Source of the DNA: Octopus sinensis
Taxonomy: Eukaryota
Reading direction: 5' to 3'
Assembly: GCF_006345805.1 (NCBI RefSeq)
Contig: NW_021823610.1
Location: forward strand, 1-21,574
DNA length: 21,574 bases
Position 1 is the stretch's first letter. Each line of letters opens with the position of its first letter. The notes below the pieces were generated by a model, which saw nothing but the letters and a program-made list of their open reading frames with translations, was not told the DNA's origin and ran no database searches. Shown piece by piece: positions 1 to 7,924 of the stretch. The position numbers were made by a program, and so were the translations under genes.

Positions 1-374
1 TTTCAAAGGGCCAGCTTTGTCACATTCTGTGTCATGCTGAATCTCCCTGAGAACTACATTAAGGGTACGTGGGATCTTTGTGGTTATCGTCACTGTCTAC
101 AATTTTGTTCCAATTGTTTTCAAATTTGGTACATGGATTAAGTTTTGTATACTAATTATGAACATGAAATTAATTCAAAATTAAAAAGTTATTAGCCATT
201 AAAATTTGAAAAAATTGGGTTATTTTAGCCAATCAAAGCGAGAACTTCACCGTAAAGTTCTGCTAGCATATTAAGCAAAGAAGCACCACGTGTTCCATAA
301 CTGATTGCGAAGAACTCTGCTTCCATAGCAACCAAAGATGCTGCGTATGCGCACAAGGAGTGTAAACAAGGTCT

Positions 375-664
375 GCATACGACACTCAGTTCTTCCAGGA
401 ACCACTATCTTCAGTGAGCTGTGGCGAGCTTATAATCATATCCCAGAAATCGTGGGTTATGATTTCAAACATAAAACTGGGAACCATAGTATTGAATTTA
501 TAAACTCAAAAGATGGGACTCACACTCAACAAATTGAAAGTACCTGGGCATCTTTAAAGCGTGGAAGCAAACGCCGGTGTGGAACATACCGTTCCGTGGT
601 TGACTCTTATCTTTGTGAATTTACGTGCAGAAGGAGATATGAGAAAGATAATTTATTTTACTAA
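375..664 (+). pseudogene. C-terminal remnant of a Merlin/IS1595-family DDE transposase
   Basis: VLPGTTIFSELWRAYNHI..GYDFKHKTGNHSIEFINSKDGTHTQQIESTWASLK..G....VDSYLCEF..RR matches the ISXO2/Merlin pattern (I.SD.W.AY..L; H..VNHS..F; G.HTQ.IES.W; YL.EF..RR). The N-terminal part is deleted and the SD motif reads SE. Confidence 0.88.
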
Positions 665-732
665 GTCCAAGTGTGTATTGTAAACTTTCGTTCTTGGAAT
701 TTTTAAAAACTAATAAATGTCTGTTCTAAGCA

Positions 733-1090
733 ATGTTTTAACTGTCATTTCTAGCAACTCCTGTTGGTTTGTTCATAGTTTTTAAATATTTAATTTGCTC
801 GCGAATGTTTTAATGCTTTTCATTGTTTTCACTGTTAACTTTGCTAGTATATATTTTAATGTTTTGACTGATATTTCTAGCAACTCCTGTTGGTTTGCTC
901 GTAGCTTTTAAATATTTAATTTGCTCGTGAATGTTTTAATGCTTTTCATTGTTTTCACTGTTAACTTTGCTAGTATATATTTTAATGTTTTGACTGATAT
1001 TTCTAGCAACTCCTGTTGGTTTGCTCGTAGCTTTTGAATATCTAATTTGCTCGCGAATCTTTTAATGTTTTTCACTGTTTACTGTAACTA
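733..1090. repeat. 126-bp tandem repeat (about 2.8 units) inside the Merlin element
   Basis: ctagcaactcctgttggttt recurs at 751, 877 and 1003 (period 126). Units 2 and 3 are nearly identical. Confidence 0.93.
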
Positions 1091-1464
1091 GTTTAGTTTT
1101 GACATGTCGGTGCTCCCTCCCCCCCAGCCCGCTTTCTAGCAACTGTGACAAATGATGGAAGATGCAGAGAACAGGCTGTTTCCTGACTGGCTGAACATTC
1201 TGAAAATTATCAAAATTTGAACGCCTGTAACATTTTCGCAAAATTTTTCTGGAATAAATGAATAACAAATTCCGGTTTCAGCGTCAAAAATTACATCCTA
1301 TATGATGCATAAACATGTTTTTTTAAACATTTCGACATGCAGTAATGATAACCACAAAGATCCGGTACGTGTGTCTGTGGAGTGCTGTTCCGTTGAAGAG
1401 ATCAACTGAAGCTCACGTCGTCGTAACTGACAGAGTGTCAGCTTTTAAGTTTCAAGTACCAATA

Positions 1465-1630
1465 GGTGCAAGTGTGGCTCAATGGCAAGAAGTTTACTTT
1501 CTAACCACATGGTTCCGGATTCATTCCCACTGCGTGGCACATTGAGCAAGTGTCCTCTACAATAGCCTCGGACCAACCAAAGCCTTGTGAGTGGATTTGG
1601 TAGACGGAAACTGAAAGAAGCCCGTCGTAT
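1465..1630 (+). mobile_element. Family-A tRNA-derived SINE, 5' half only
   Basis: tRNA-like head (A-box-like tggctcaatgg, B-box-like ggattcattcc), then ccactgcgtggcac..gcaagtgtc..gccttgtgagtggatttggtagacggaaactgaaagaagcccgtcg. Homologous to 19136-19290 and 11740-11901. Confidence 0.85.
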
Positions 1631-1631
1631 A

Positions 1632-2234
1632 GGCGCAGGCGTGACTCTGTGTTAAGAAGCTTATTTGGCAAACACATGGTTCCGGGTTCATTCCCACTGC
1701 GTGATACCTTGGACAAGTGTCTTCTATAGCTTCGGATTCACCAAAGCCTTGTGAGTGGATTCGGTACACGAAAACTGAAAGAAGCCCGTCGCATATTTAT
1801 ACACACACACATATATATTTCTTTACTACCCACAAGAGGCTAAACACAGAGGGGACAAACAAGGACAGACATCGGATTACGTCGACCCCAGTGCGTAACT
1901 GGTACTTAATTTATCGACCCCGAAAGGATGAAAGGCAAAGTCGACCTCGGCGGAATTTGAACTCAGAACGTAACGGCAGACGAAATACAGCTACGCATTT
2001 CGCTCAGCGTGCTAACGTTTCTGCCAGCTCGCCGCCTTATATACACATATATATACACATACACACACACACATATATACACACACACATATATATACAC
2101 ACACAATATATATATAAATATATATGTATATATTTATGAGTGTGTGTCTTTGCTTCTGTGTCTGTTCCCCCACCATCGCTTCACAACTGATGCTGGTGTT
2201 TCCGCCCCCGAAACTTAACGGTTCAGCAAAACGA
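1632..2234 (+). mobile_element. Family-A SINE (head + internal microsatellite + truncated 3' half), interrupted by a family-C SINE
   Basis: Head ggcgcaggcgtgactctgtg starts immediately after the previous copy. Its TA/CA spacer holds the 1816-2036 insertion. The 3' half tgtctgttccccaccatcgcttcacaactgatgctggtg...ggttcagcaaaa matches 19340-19420. Confidence 0.8.
1816..2036 (-). mobile_element. Family-C tRNA-derived SINE, type-1 tail
   Basis: Reverse complement of ggcggcgagctggcagaaacgttagcac...gagttcaaattccgccgaggtcgactttgcctttcatcctttcggggtcgat...gggtagtaaagaaata. Near-identical to 3071-3301. Confidence 0.9.
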
Positions 2235-2261
2235 GGGGTCGGCGATATAAATTTACATATA

Positions 2262-2491
2262 CTGGGTTGGTGCATAATTATTGTGGCTTTTTATCAACAA
2301 ATTTTATTCAACAAAAACAATAACAATATTTAACAAAAGCATCTTTAAATGACGGTCTGACCGTCTGCGAAGCAAATGGGAAGCAGTAATTGAAGTAGAT
2401 GGTGAATATGCTCCGGAATAATCATTTAAAGATGTTTTTGTTACATGTTGTTATTGTTTTTGTTGAATAAAATTTGTTTATTATGCACCAA
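2262..2491 (+). mobile_element. Internally deleted mariner element with long TIRs
   Basis: ta|ctgggttggtgcataat start. Left arm 2262-2352 is inverted at 2422-2491 (one ~16-bp indel; extreme right end degenerate). Spacer 2359-2421 encodes DRLRSKWEAVIEVDGEYAPE*, resembling the mariner C-terminus (L..RW..VI...GEY). Confidence 0.82.
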
Positions 2492-2789
2492 TGCGTCATA
2501 GGTGATATGGCGAGGGAATATTGTAAATTGGTCATACTTCTACAATGCACTGAATACGATCGTGGTAGTAATATAGAACGAATTCAACAAGGAAGTTAGC
2601 AATTTGATTGGCAGACGACACAGACACGTATCAACCAGTCTACGCGCATAACTCACTGATGACGTACGTACCGCGTACCTTCTGCTGTGACAATAAACAA
2701 TTATTTCTACAGCTTAACAATTTTGTTTTGTTATAATTCCTAATTATATCTAATCGTAAAAATGAATAGATTTTTTTTTTTTAAACATT

Positions 2790-2854
2790 GTGCCCCAGTA
2801 GAATAAAATAGGAATGAAAGGGATCCATAGCCAAAAAATGGTTGAGAATCACTG
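2790..2854 (+). mobile_element. Right end of a hAT MITE (solo)
   Basis: aagggatccatagccaaaaaatggttgagaatcactg is homologous to the right end of 21176-21480 and complementary to that element's left TIR cagtgattcttaacc. No left end found. Confidence 0.7.
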
Positions 2855-3070
2855 CTGTAGGGTATGATTTGAGGAAAATTTGGCTGCTGTTATAGGTGGT
2901 CATTGTTGGAGATGACAGCAGCTCGGTCGTGTGTGGTGCGTGTGAGGTGTGGGGTGAGGTAGTGGGACAAAACTTAACCTTAGGAGCACATAAGATTTAA
3001 TTTCTTTATCGCTAAGTCAGGTGAGAAGGACAACACTCATGGTACTTTATAGAACCTTTGAAGCTTTGAG

Positions 3071-3484
3071 GGCGGCGAGCTGGCAGAAACATTAGCACGC
3101 CGGGCGAAATGCTTTGCGGTATTTCGTCTGCCGTTACGTTCTGAGTTCAAATTCCGCCGAGGTCGACTTTGCCTTTCATCCTTTCGGGGTCGATTAAATA
3201 AGTACTAGTTACGCACTGGGGACAATATAATCGACTTAATCCGTTTGTCTGTCCTTGTTTGTCCTCTCTGTGTTTAGCCTCTTGTGGGTAGTAAAGAAAT
3301 AGGTATTTCGTCTGCCGTTACGTTCTGGGTTCAAATTCCGCCGAGGTCGACTTTGCCTTTCATCCTTTCGGGATCGATTAAATAAGTACCAGTTACGCAC
3401 TGGGGTCGATGTAATCGACTTAATCCGTTTGTTTGTCCTTGTTTGTCCCCTCTGTGTGTAGCCCCTTGTGGGTAGTAAAGAAAT
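3071..3484 (+). mobile_element. Family-C SINE (3071-3301) followed by a tandem 5'-truncated copy (3302-3484)
   Basis: The second unit restarts at internal ggtatttcgtctgccg (equivalent to 3118), period 184 bp. Both units end in gggtagtaaagaaat. Confidence 0.9.
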
Positions 3485-4139
3485 GTATACTACACCAGTT
3501 CATAGTAGACCGAGGAGTAACAGTGACTAAGACGAGGCCTCACACTCCTCAAAACCCTAGAATTCCCGAACCAGGGTCTCCCTACCAGATGCAGTTTGAA
3601 GACATAACCGTCTGATCCTTGGTTTAAATAAAAAGAATGAATTAATTGCAAGAAAGAGTCCCTGATGCAAGACAGATGACTAGTGCCAATCGACACCGCC
3701 TGGAGTTATGGTAGTGATCTGTAAGCTACGGACGTGTACAGTGGATCGACGGAACGAAACCTTGGGCCGGTAAAATGCAATAAAGAAATTGTTATTTATC
3801 TCACAAAAATCCACTTATGTAAGTTCTCCCATACAATTGCGTTGAATTGTTTACGTCTTTTTGTAGTGTAAATGAGGTTACAGGTAAAGTGTAACACAGT
3901 TTTCTCGAAGAAAAAAAAAAAAGCATGGCTGAGAACAAAGAAACAATGACTTGTAAACGTATTTATAGACTTTCAAATGTATTTTCGAAAATATAGCCTA
4001 CCTCACCTTCCACATACATACCTAAGAACATATATACATACATGCATAGATATGTAGATACCTGGGAATGAAGTTGTATTGACTGGTTTTGATACATTTT
4101 TTATAGCACAATACAAATAAAGGTATAAATATATACGCG

Positions 4140-4358
4140 GACGCGCGTATGTATGTGCATGTAAAACATACATACACACACACACACACACACATATATA
4201 TGTATGTATATGTGTGTATACACATATACAAATACGTATATATATGTAGACACACACATATCCCTGGGTATATGTTTGAAGGTATATATATATATGTGTG
4301 TGTGGTGTGTGTGTATTTGGTGTGTGTGTGTGTGTGAGTGTGTGTGTATATTTATATA

Positions 4359-4403
<45 letters not shown>

Positions 4404-4436
4404 TAGATAGATAGATAGATACGTATATATGTATGT
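4140..4436. repeat. Compound microsatellite (CA/TG/TA/GATA)
   Basis: Directly visible (CA)n, (TG)n, (TA)n and (GATA)n tracts. Confidence 0.95.
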
Positions 4437-4639
4437 CTGGCAGAAACGTTAGCACACCGGGCGAAATGCTCAGCGGTATTTCGTCTGTCTTTATTTTGAG
4501 TTCAAATTCCTCCGAGGTCGACTTTGCTTTTTATCCTTTCAGGGTCAATAAATTAAATACCAGTTACGTACTGGCGTCTATCTAAGCGACTGGCCCCATC
4601 TCCCCAAATTTCGGGCTTTGTTCCTGGAGTAGAAAAGAT
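4437..4639 (+). mobile_element. Family-C SINE, type-2 tail, slightly 5'-truncated
   Basis: ctggcagaaacgttagcacaccgggcg... ends ggccccatctccccaaatttcgggctttgttcctggagtagaaaaga, the same tail as 13675-13882 and 19909-20111. Confidence 0.87.
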
Positions 4640-4682
4640 ATATACGCATATGTATGTATGTACGTATAAACGTAAAAGACTT

Positions 4683-4828
4683 TGTCTAGGGTCTTTCTAG
4701 GGGTGGTGTCAACGAACATGACACTCTGGTATTTATGGCTATCATACCAAGAGTTGGCCTTCCCTATTTTCTTTTTTGTCCTTTCTATAGTGTTCCATGA
4801 CTTGTTCCTATATAGTGAAAAGCCAGGC
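4683..4828 (-). mobile_element. 146-bp internal ORF fragment of a Penelope-like (probably Neptune-type) element with 14-bp flanking direct repeats
   Basis: Open 48-codon frame PGFSLYRNKSWNTIERTKKKIGKANSWYDSHKYQSVMFVDTTPRKTLD resembles the PLE post-RT motif LYR...W...ER..K..K...WY....Y.SV.FV..TP (family assignment from recall). AACGTAAAAGACTT at 4669-4682 and 4829-4842. Confidence 0.7.
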
Positions 4829-4956
4829 AACGTAAAAGACTTGTTTTATTTCTATTCCTGAGCGCCATACTAATACAATTGTTTGTTTGTACTCCACCTG
4901 CCTTCGTCTTTTGTTTATTTTCGTAAAGCCTTCCTATATATATATGTGTATATAAC

Positions 4957-5250
4957 CAATTGCAGCGTGTGGAAGGTGTTTGTAAGCCATTTAAGAAACA
5001 CACAAAAGCCATTCGATTCACTTAAACATTTAAGTTTAACTTGTCAAAATATTTTCGTCGCTTTAAGACCGCGACCTGTTCACTGACAAAAATCCGTGCT
5101 TGACAAATTAAACTTAAATGTTGAAGTGAATCGAACGGCTTTTGCGTGTTTTCTTAAATGGCTTACAAACACCTTCCACGCTGCAATTGTTTTCGTTCAG
5201 CACACGATCTCAGATCAAATCACTTGCTATGCAAGTACATCTCCGTATAT
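4957..5250. mobile_element. Head-to-head inverted-repeat element, Penelope pLTR-like
   Basis: Arms of about 90 bp: 4957-5047 (caattgcagcg...ttgtcaa) vs 5100-5189 (ttgacaa...gctgcaattg), with a 52-bp spacer holding the ribozyme core. The + copy continues to gtacatctccg(TA)n. Confidence 0.8.
5041..5089 (-). ncRNA. Minimal type I hammerhead ribozyme, G3:C8 core variant
   Basis: Minus strand reads TTGTCA|GTGAACA|G|GTCGC-GGTCTTAAA-GCGAC|GAAA|ATAT|TT|TGACAA: 6-bp stem I, core with C3/G8 swapped, 5-bp stem II, GAAA, palindromic ATAT loop on a 1-bp stem III, UH cleavage site. Confidence 0.78.
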
Positions 5251-5385
5251 ATATATATATATCTATATATATAAAATCACTTGTTAATATGCAAGTACAT
5301 CTCCGTATATATATATATAATATATATATATATAATATATATATATATATATGGAGATGTACTTGCATAGCAAGTGATTATATAT

Positions 5386-5417
<32 letters not shown>

Positions 5418-5490
5418 ATATATATATATATATACGGAGATGTACTTGCATAGCAAGTGATTTGATCTGAGATCGTGTGCTGAAACGAAC
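5192..5490. repeat. About 300-bp palindrome built from four 3' ends of the pLTR-like element facing (TA)n tracts
   Basis: aatcacttg..atgcaagtacatctccg(TA)n occurs twice on + (about 5218-5246 and 5274-5305). ggagatgtacttgcatagcaagtgatt occurs twice in the opposite orientation (about 5352-5379 and 5436-5490). Followed by (TA)n/(GA)n to about 5600. Confidence 0.9.
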
Positions 5491-5551
<61 letters not shown>

Positions 5552-5870
5552 TATATATATATATATATATATATAGATACAGACAGAGAAAGAGAGAGAG
5601 GGGAGATAGTGATGCAGGTAAACACAGGTAGGCTTGGAATGTGTATATTTACATAGATTACAATACGGAATGAAATATATATTATATAATGAATTAACGT
5701 GACAATTGTCTCAGGAAGCCATGACTTACGTAATAATCATAATTGGCAGGTGATATATGAAACAATGATGTGTATGCAACATTTCTGGTCATATGATGAT
5801 ATCACAATAAGTCCAGGAAACGGGAGCCGGGCTTACTGTAGTATTTTCATGTATGCATGATTGTATATGT

Positions 5871-6129
5871 GGAGGCGTTTGGCTTAGTGGTTAGGGTGTC
5901 AGCATCATGATCGTAAGATTGTGGTTTCGATTCCTGGACCGGGCGGCGCGTTGTGCTCTTGAGCAAAACACTTCATGTCACGTCGCTCCAGTCCACTCAA
6001 CTGGCAAAAATGAGTAACGCTGCGATGGACTGGCGTCCCGTCCAGCTGGGGAACACATACGCCATAGAGACCGGGAAACCGGGCCCATGAGCCTGGCTAG
6101 GCTTTAAAAGGGCGCATTTATTATTTATT
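5871..6129 (+). mobile_element. Family-B tRNA-derived SINE with alternative 3' tail and probable TSD
   Basis: A-box tggcttagtgg, B-box ggtttcgattcc, core gttgtgctcttgagcaaaacactt...ccagtccactcaactggcaaaaatgagta shared with 11104-11429. atgattgtat occurs on both sides (5857-5866 and 6130-6139). Confidence 0.85.
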
Positions 6130-6174
6130 ATGATTGTATGTATGCAAACACACACACACGTGCTTGCGCTCGCA

Positions 6175-6176
<2 letters not shown>

Positions 6177-6254
<78 letters not shown>

Positions 6255-6338
6255 AAAAGAATAAAGGGAAAAGGAGACAACACGCACAAAACAACACCAC
6301 CACCAAAACCTGAGCGAAGCACGGGTCAAAATAGCTTG
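6177..6338 (+). mobile_element. Probable tiny non-autonomous Helitron
   Basis: A|TC start followed by (TATC)n-aaaagaataaagg. 3' hairpin acctg-a-gcGAAgc-a-cgggt (6308-6326), then CTTG|T 8 nt later (variant of CTAG|T). No TSD, inserted between A and T. Confidence 0.58.
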
Positions 6339-6358
6339 TATATTATATAACGTGAAAA

Positions 6359-6552
6359 GGCAGTGAGCTGGTAGAATCATTAGCACGCCGGACAAAATGC
6401 TTAGCGGCATTGAGTTCAAATTCCGCCGGGGCCGACTTCACCTTTCATCCTTCCGGGGTCGATAAAATAAGTACCAGTTGAACACTGGGGTCGATGTAAT
6501 AGATTTACACCTCCCTCAACATTTCTGGCCTTGTGTCATAATTTGAAACCAG
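6359..6552 (+). mobile_element. Family-C SINE, type-3 tail, with an internal deletion of about 20 bp
   Basis: ggcagtgagctggtagaatcattagcacgccgg...; tail ends ttctggccttgtgtcataatttgaaacca. Confidence 0.85.
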
Positions 6553-6572
6553 TATATTATGTAACGTGGAGA

Positions 6573-6787
6573 GGCGGTGAGCTGGCAGAATCGTTAGCAC
6601 ACCGGGAAAAATGCTTAGCGGCATTTCGTTTCATTTTACGTTCTGAGTTCAAATTCCGCCGACGTCGACTTTGCCTTTCATCCTTTCGGGGTCGATAAAA
6701 TAAGTACCAGTTGAGCAATGAGGTCGATGTAATCGACTTGCCCCCTCCTCCGAAATTGTTGGCCTTGTGCCAAAATTTGAAAGCAAT
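6573..6787 (+). mobile_element. Family-C SINE, type-3 tail
   Basis: ggcggtgagctggcagaatcgttagcac...; tail ccccctcctccgaaattgttggccttgtgccaaaatttgaaagcaat. Confidence 0.87.
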
Positions 6788-7129
6788 ATATTATACCACG
6801 CATTTTTATTATGTAACAATGTGATATATATTGCATATTATGCAGCACTGAATTATGTATTCCGTGTATATTATGTCACAACATATTGTGTAATATGGAA
6901 ATTAAGGTTAACCTGTCGTAAAATGTTTTTATATAACTTTATGGCGCATCCCTTTTGTATCCCCTTTATAATAAGTCTATTGTATTTATGTAAGTTCTCT
7001 GGTAACAAAGTAAACGAAATTATTGTTGTTTTTGGGAAAGAAACATTCGAAAGTCTGCACTGTTATGAAAAACTCAGCTGAAGAAAGAAAGAGTGAGAAT
7101 GCTCCATCTATTGAATATATTTATGAGGC

Positions 7130-7645
7130 AGACGATTATAGAAAGTGTGGGAATTATTGAGTGGCGCCCTGGACCGACAAACTGGTCAGACTGCTTGAGT
7201 TTTGGTTCGGTCAAGATCTTCAGTTGGAGAGGAACTAGGGCGAGGTTACAAGTTGAGTGTCAGCTTCATACAGAAACAGGCTGAGAGCAAGCTGTCCCTG
7301 AGAGGTCGAGCAGAGATAGCAAACACCTATGTCACCGTTATAATCTAACGCCTAATTCTTGCGCCTTACTCTAATTTTCATGTGATCAAATTGGAGCCAC
7401 TGTTTTCCCACTTCTTGAGGAAGAGACGCAGGGGATCCATCTGTCGTCAATACACTTGCATGTGTGCTCGTTACACAGACATGTACTGAGTCTCATCCTG
7501 GACGGTGACTGCGTCTGATCGCTTTTTGTCAGGTGTGTTTTTTCACAGCTCATCTCTTTGACGAAGATAAAGTCTTGGATCAAGTAAACACTAAAACTGG
7601 CTGCCTAGCATTTGGAACGTCGCCAGGTGCTTACAGCGCTCTACC
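7130..7645 (+). pseudogene. Degenerate Tx1/L1-clade LINE ORF2 fragment (RT C-terminal/thumb region)
   Basis: Across frameshifts: WTDKLVRLLEFWFGQDLQLERN* (from 7170), KLSLRGRAEIANTYVTVII*RL..IKLEPLFSHFL (from 7289), then LDGDCV*SLFVR..FSQLISL. These resemble Tx1 motifs V.LLG+WFG.DL..E.NW and +LSL+GRA.+.N.Y. Confidence 0.75.
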
Positions 7646-7666
7646 TGTCGATAAATAAGAATGGTA

Positions 7667-7826
7667 GACGGGAAGCCGGCAGAAACGTTAGCACGCCGGG
7701 CGAAATGCTTAGTGGTATTTCGTCTGCTGTTACGTTCTGAGTTCAAATTCCGCCGAGGTCGACTTTGCCTTTCATCCTTTCGGGGTCGATAAATAAAGTA
7801 CCAGTTACGCACTGGGGTCGATATAA
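7667..7826 (+). mobile_element. Family-C SINE lacking its 3' tail
   Basis: High-identity head and core, ending abruptly at actggggtcgatataa. Confidence 0.88.
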
Positions 7827-7924
7827 ACATTTTCTCAGTTAGAGAACTAATCTACATCATTGGATGCAAATGAAGTAGCATGTCATTCTTAGTGCTACAG
7901 GCGTCTGTAACCTAGTACAACCAG

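Larger units (their letters stand above)
72..1363 (+). mobile_element. Non-autonomous Merlin (IS1016/IS1595-like) DNA transposon with intact ends
   Basis: 24-bp TIRs: ggatctttgtggttatcgtcactg (72-95) vs cagtaatgataaccacaaagatcc (1340-1363), 22/24 match. Perfect 8-bp TSD GGTACGTG at 64-71 and 1364-1371. Contains a Merlin transposase remnant. Confidence 0.92.
1..1441 (+). mobile_element. 3' part of a family-B SINE (1-71 and 1364-1441), split by the Merlin insertion
   Basis: Joining 1-71 to 1372-1441 gives gggccagctttgtcacattctg...aagggtacgtgtgtctgtggagtgct...gtcgtcgtaactgacagagtgtcag. This aligns to the reverse complement of the uninterrupted copy at 11104-11429, apart from an internal deletion of about 33 bp. 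Confidence 0.85.

Noticed and set aside
733-1090. Regularly spaced repeat as a CRISPR array
   Set aside because: Whole 126-bp units are repeated with no unique spacers, the context is eukaryotic and there are no cas genes.
2656-2690. CTGATGA canonical hammerhead core
   Set aside because: No GAAA after a stem II and no stem I or III.
3433-3696. ORFs 3433-3615 (TKTRPHTPQNP, loosely integrase-like) and 3490-3696
   Set aside because: They begin inside a SINE tail or have no other supporting motifs; the similarity is too weak.
3740-3780. GAAACC-ttgggcc-GGTA, resembling hammerhead stem III and cleavage site
   Set aside because: No upstream core, stem II or stem I complement.
6767-7081. 104-aa ORF as a host gene or an upstream part of the Tx1 RT
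   Set aside because: Mostly AT-rich low-complexity sequence. The IVVFGKETFESLHCYEKLS resemblance to the post-YADD region is too weak to call.
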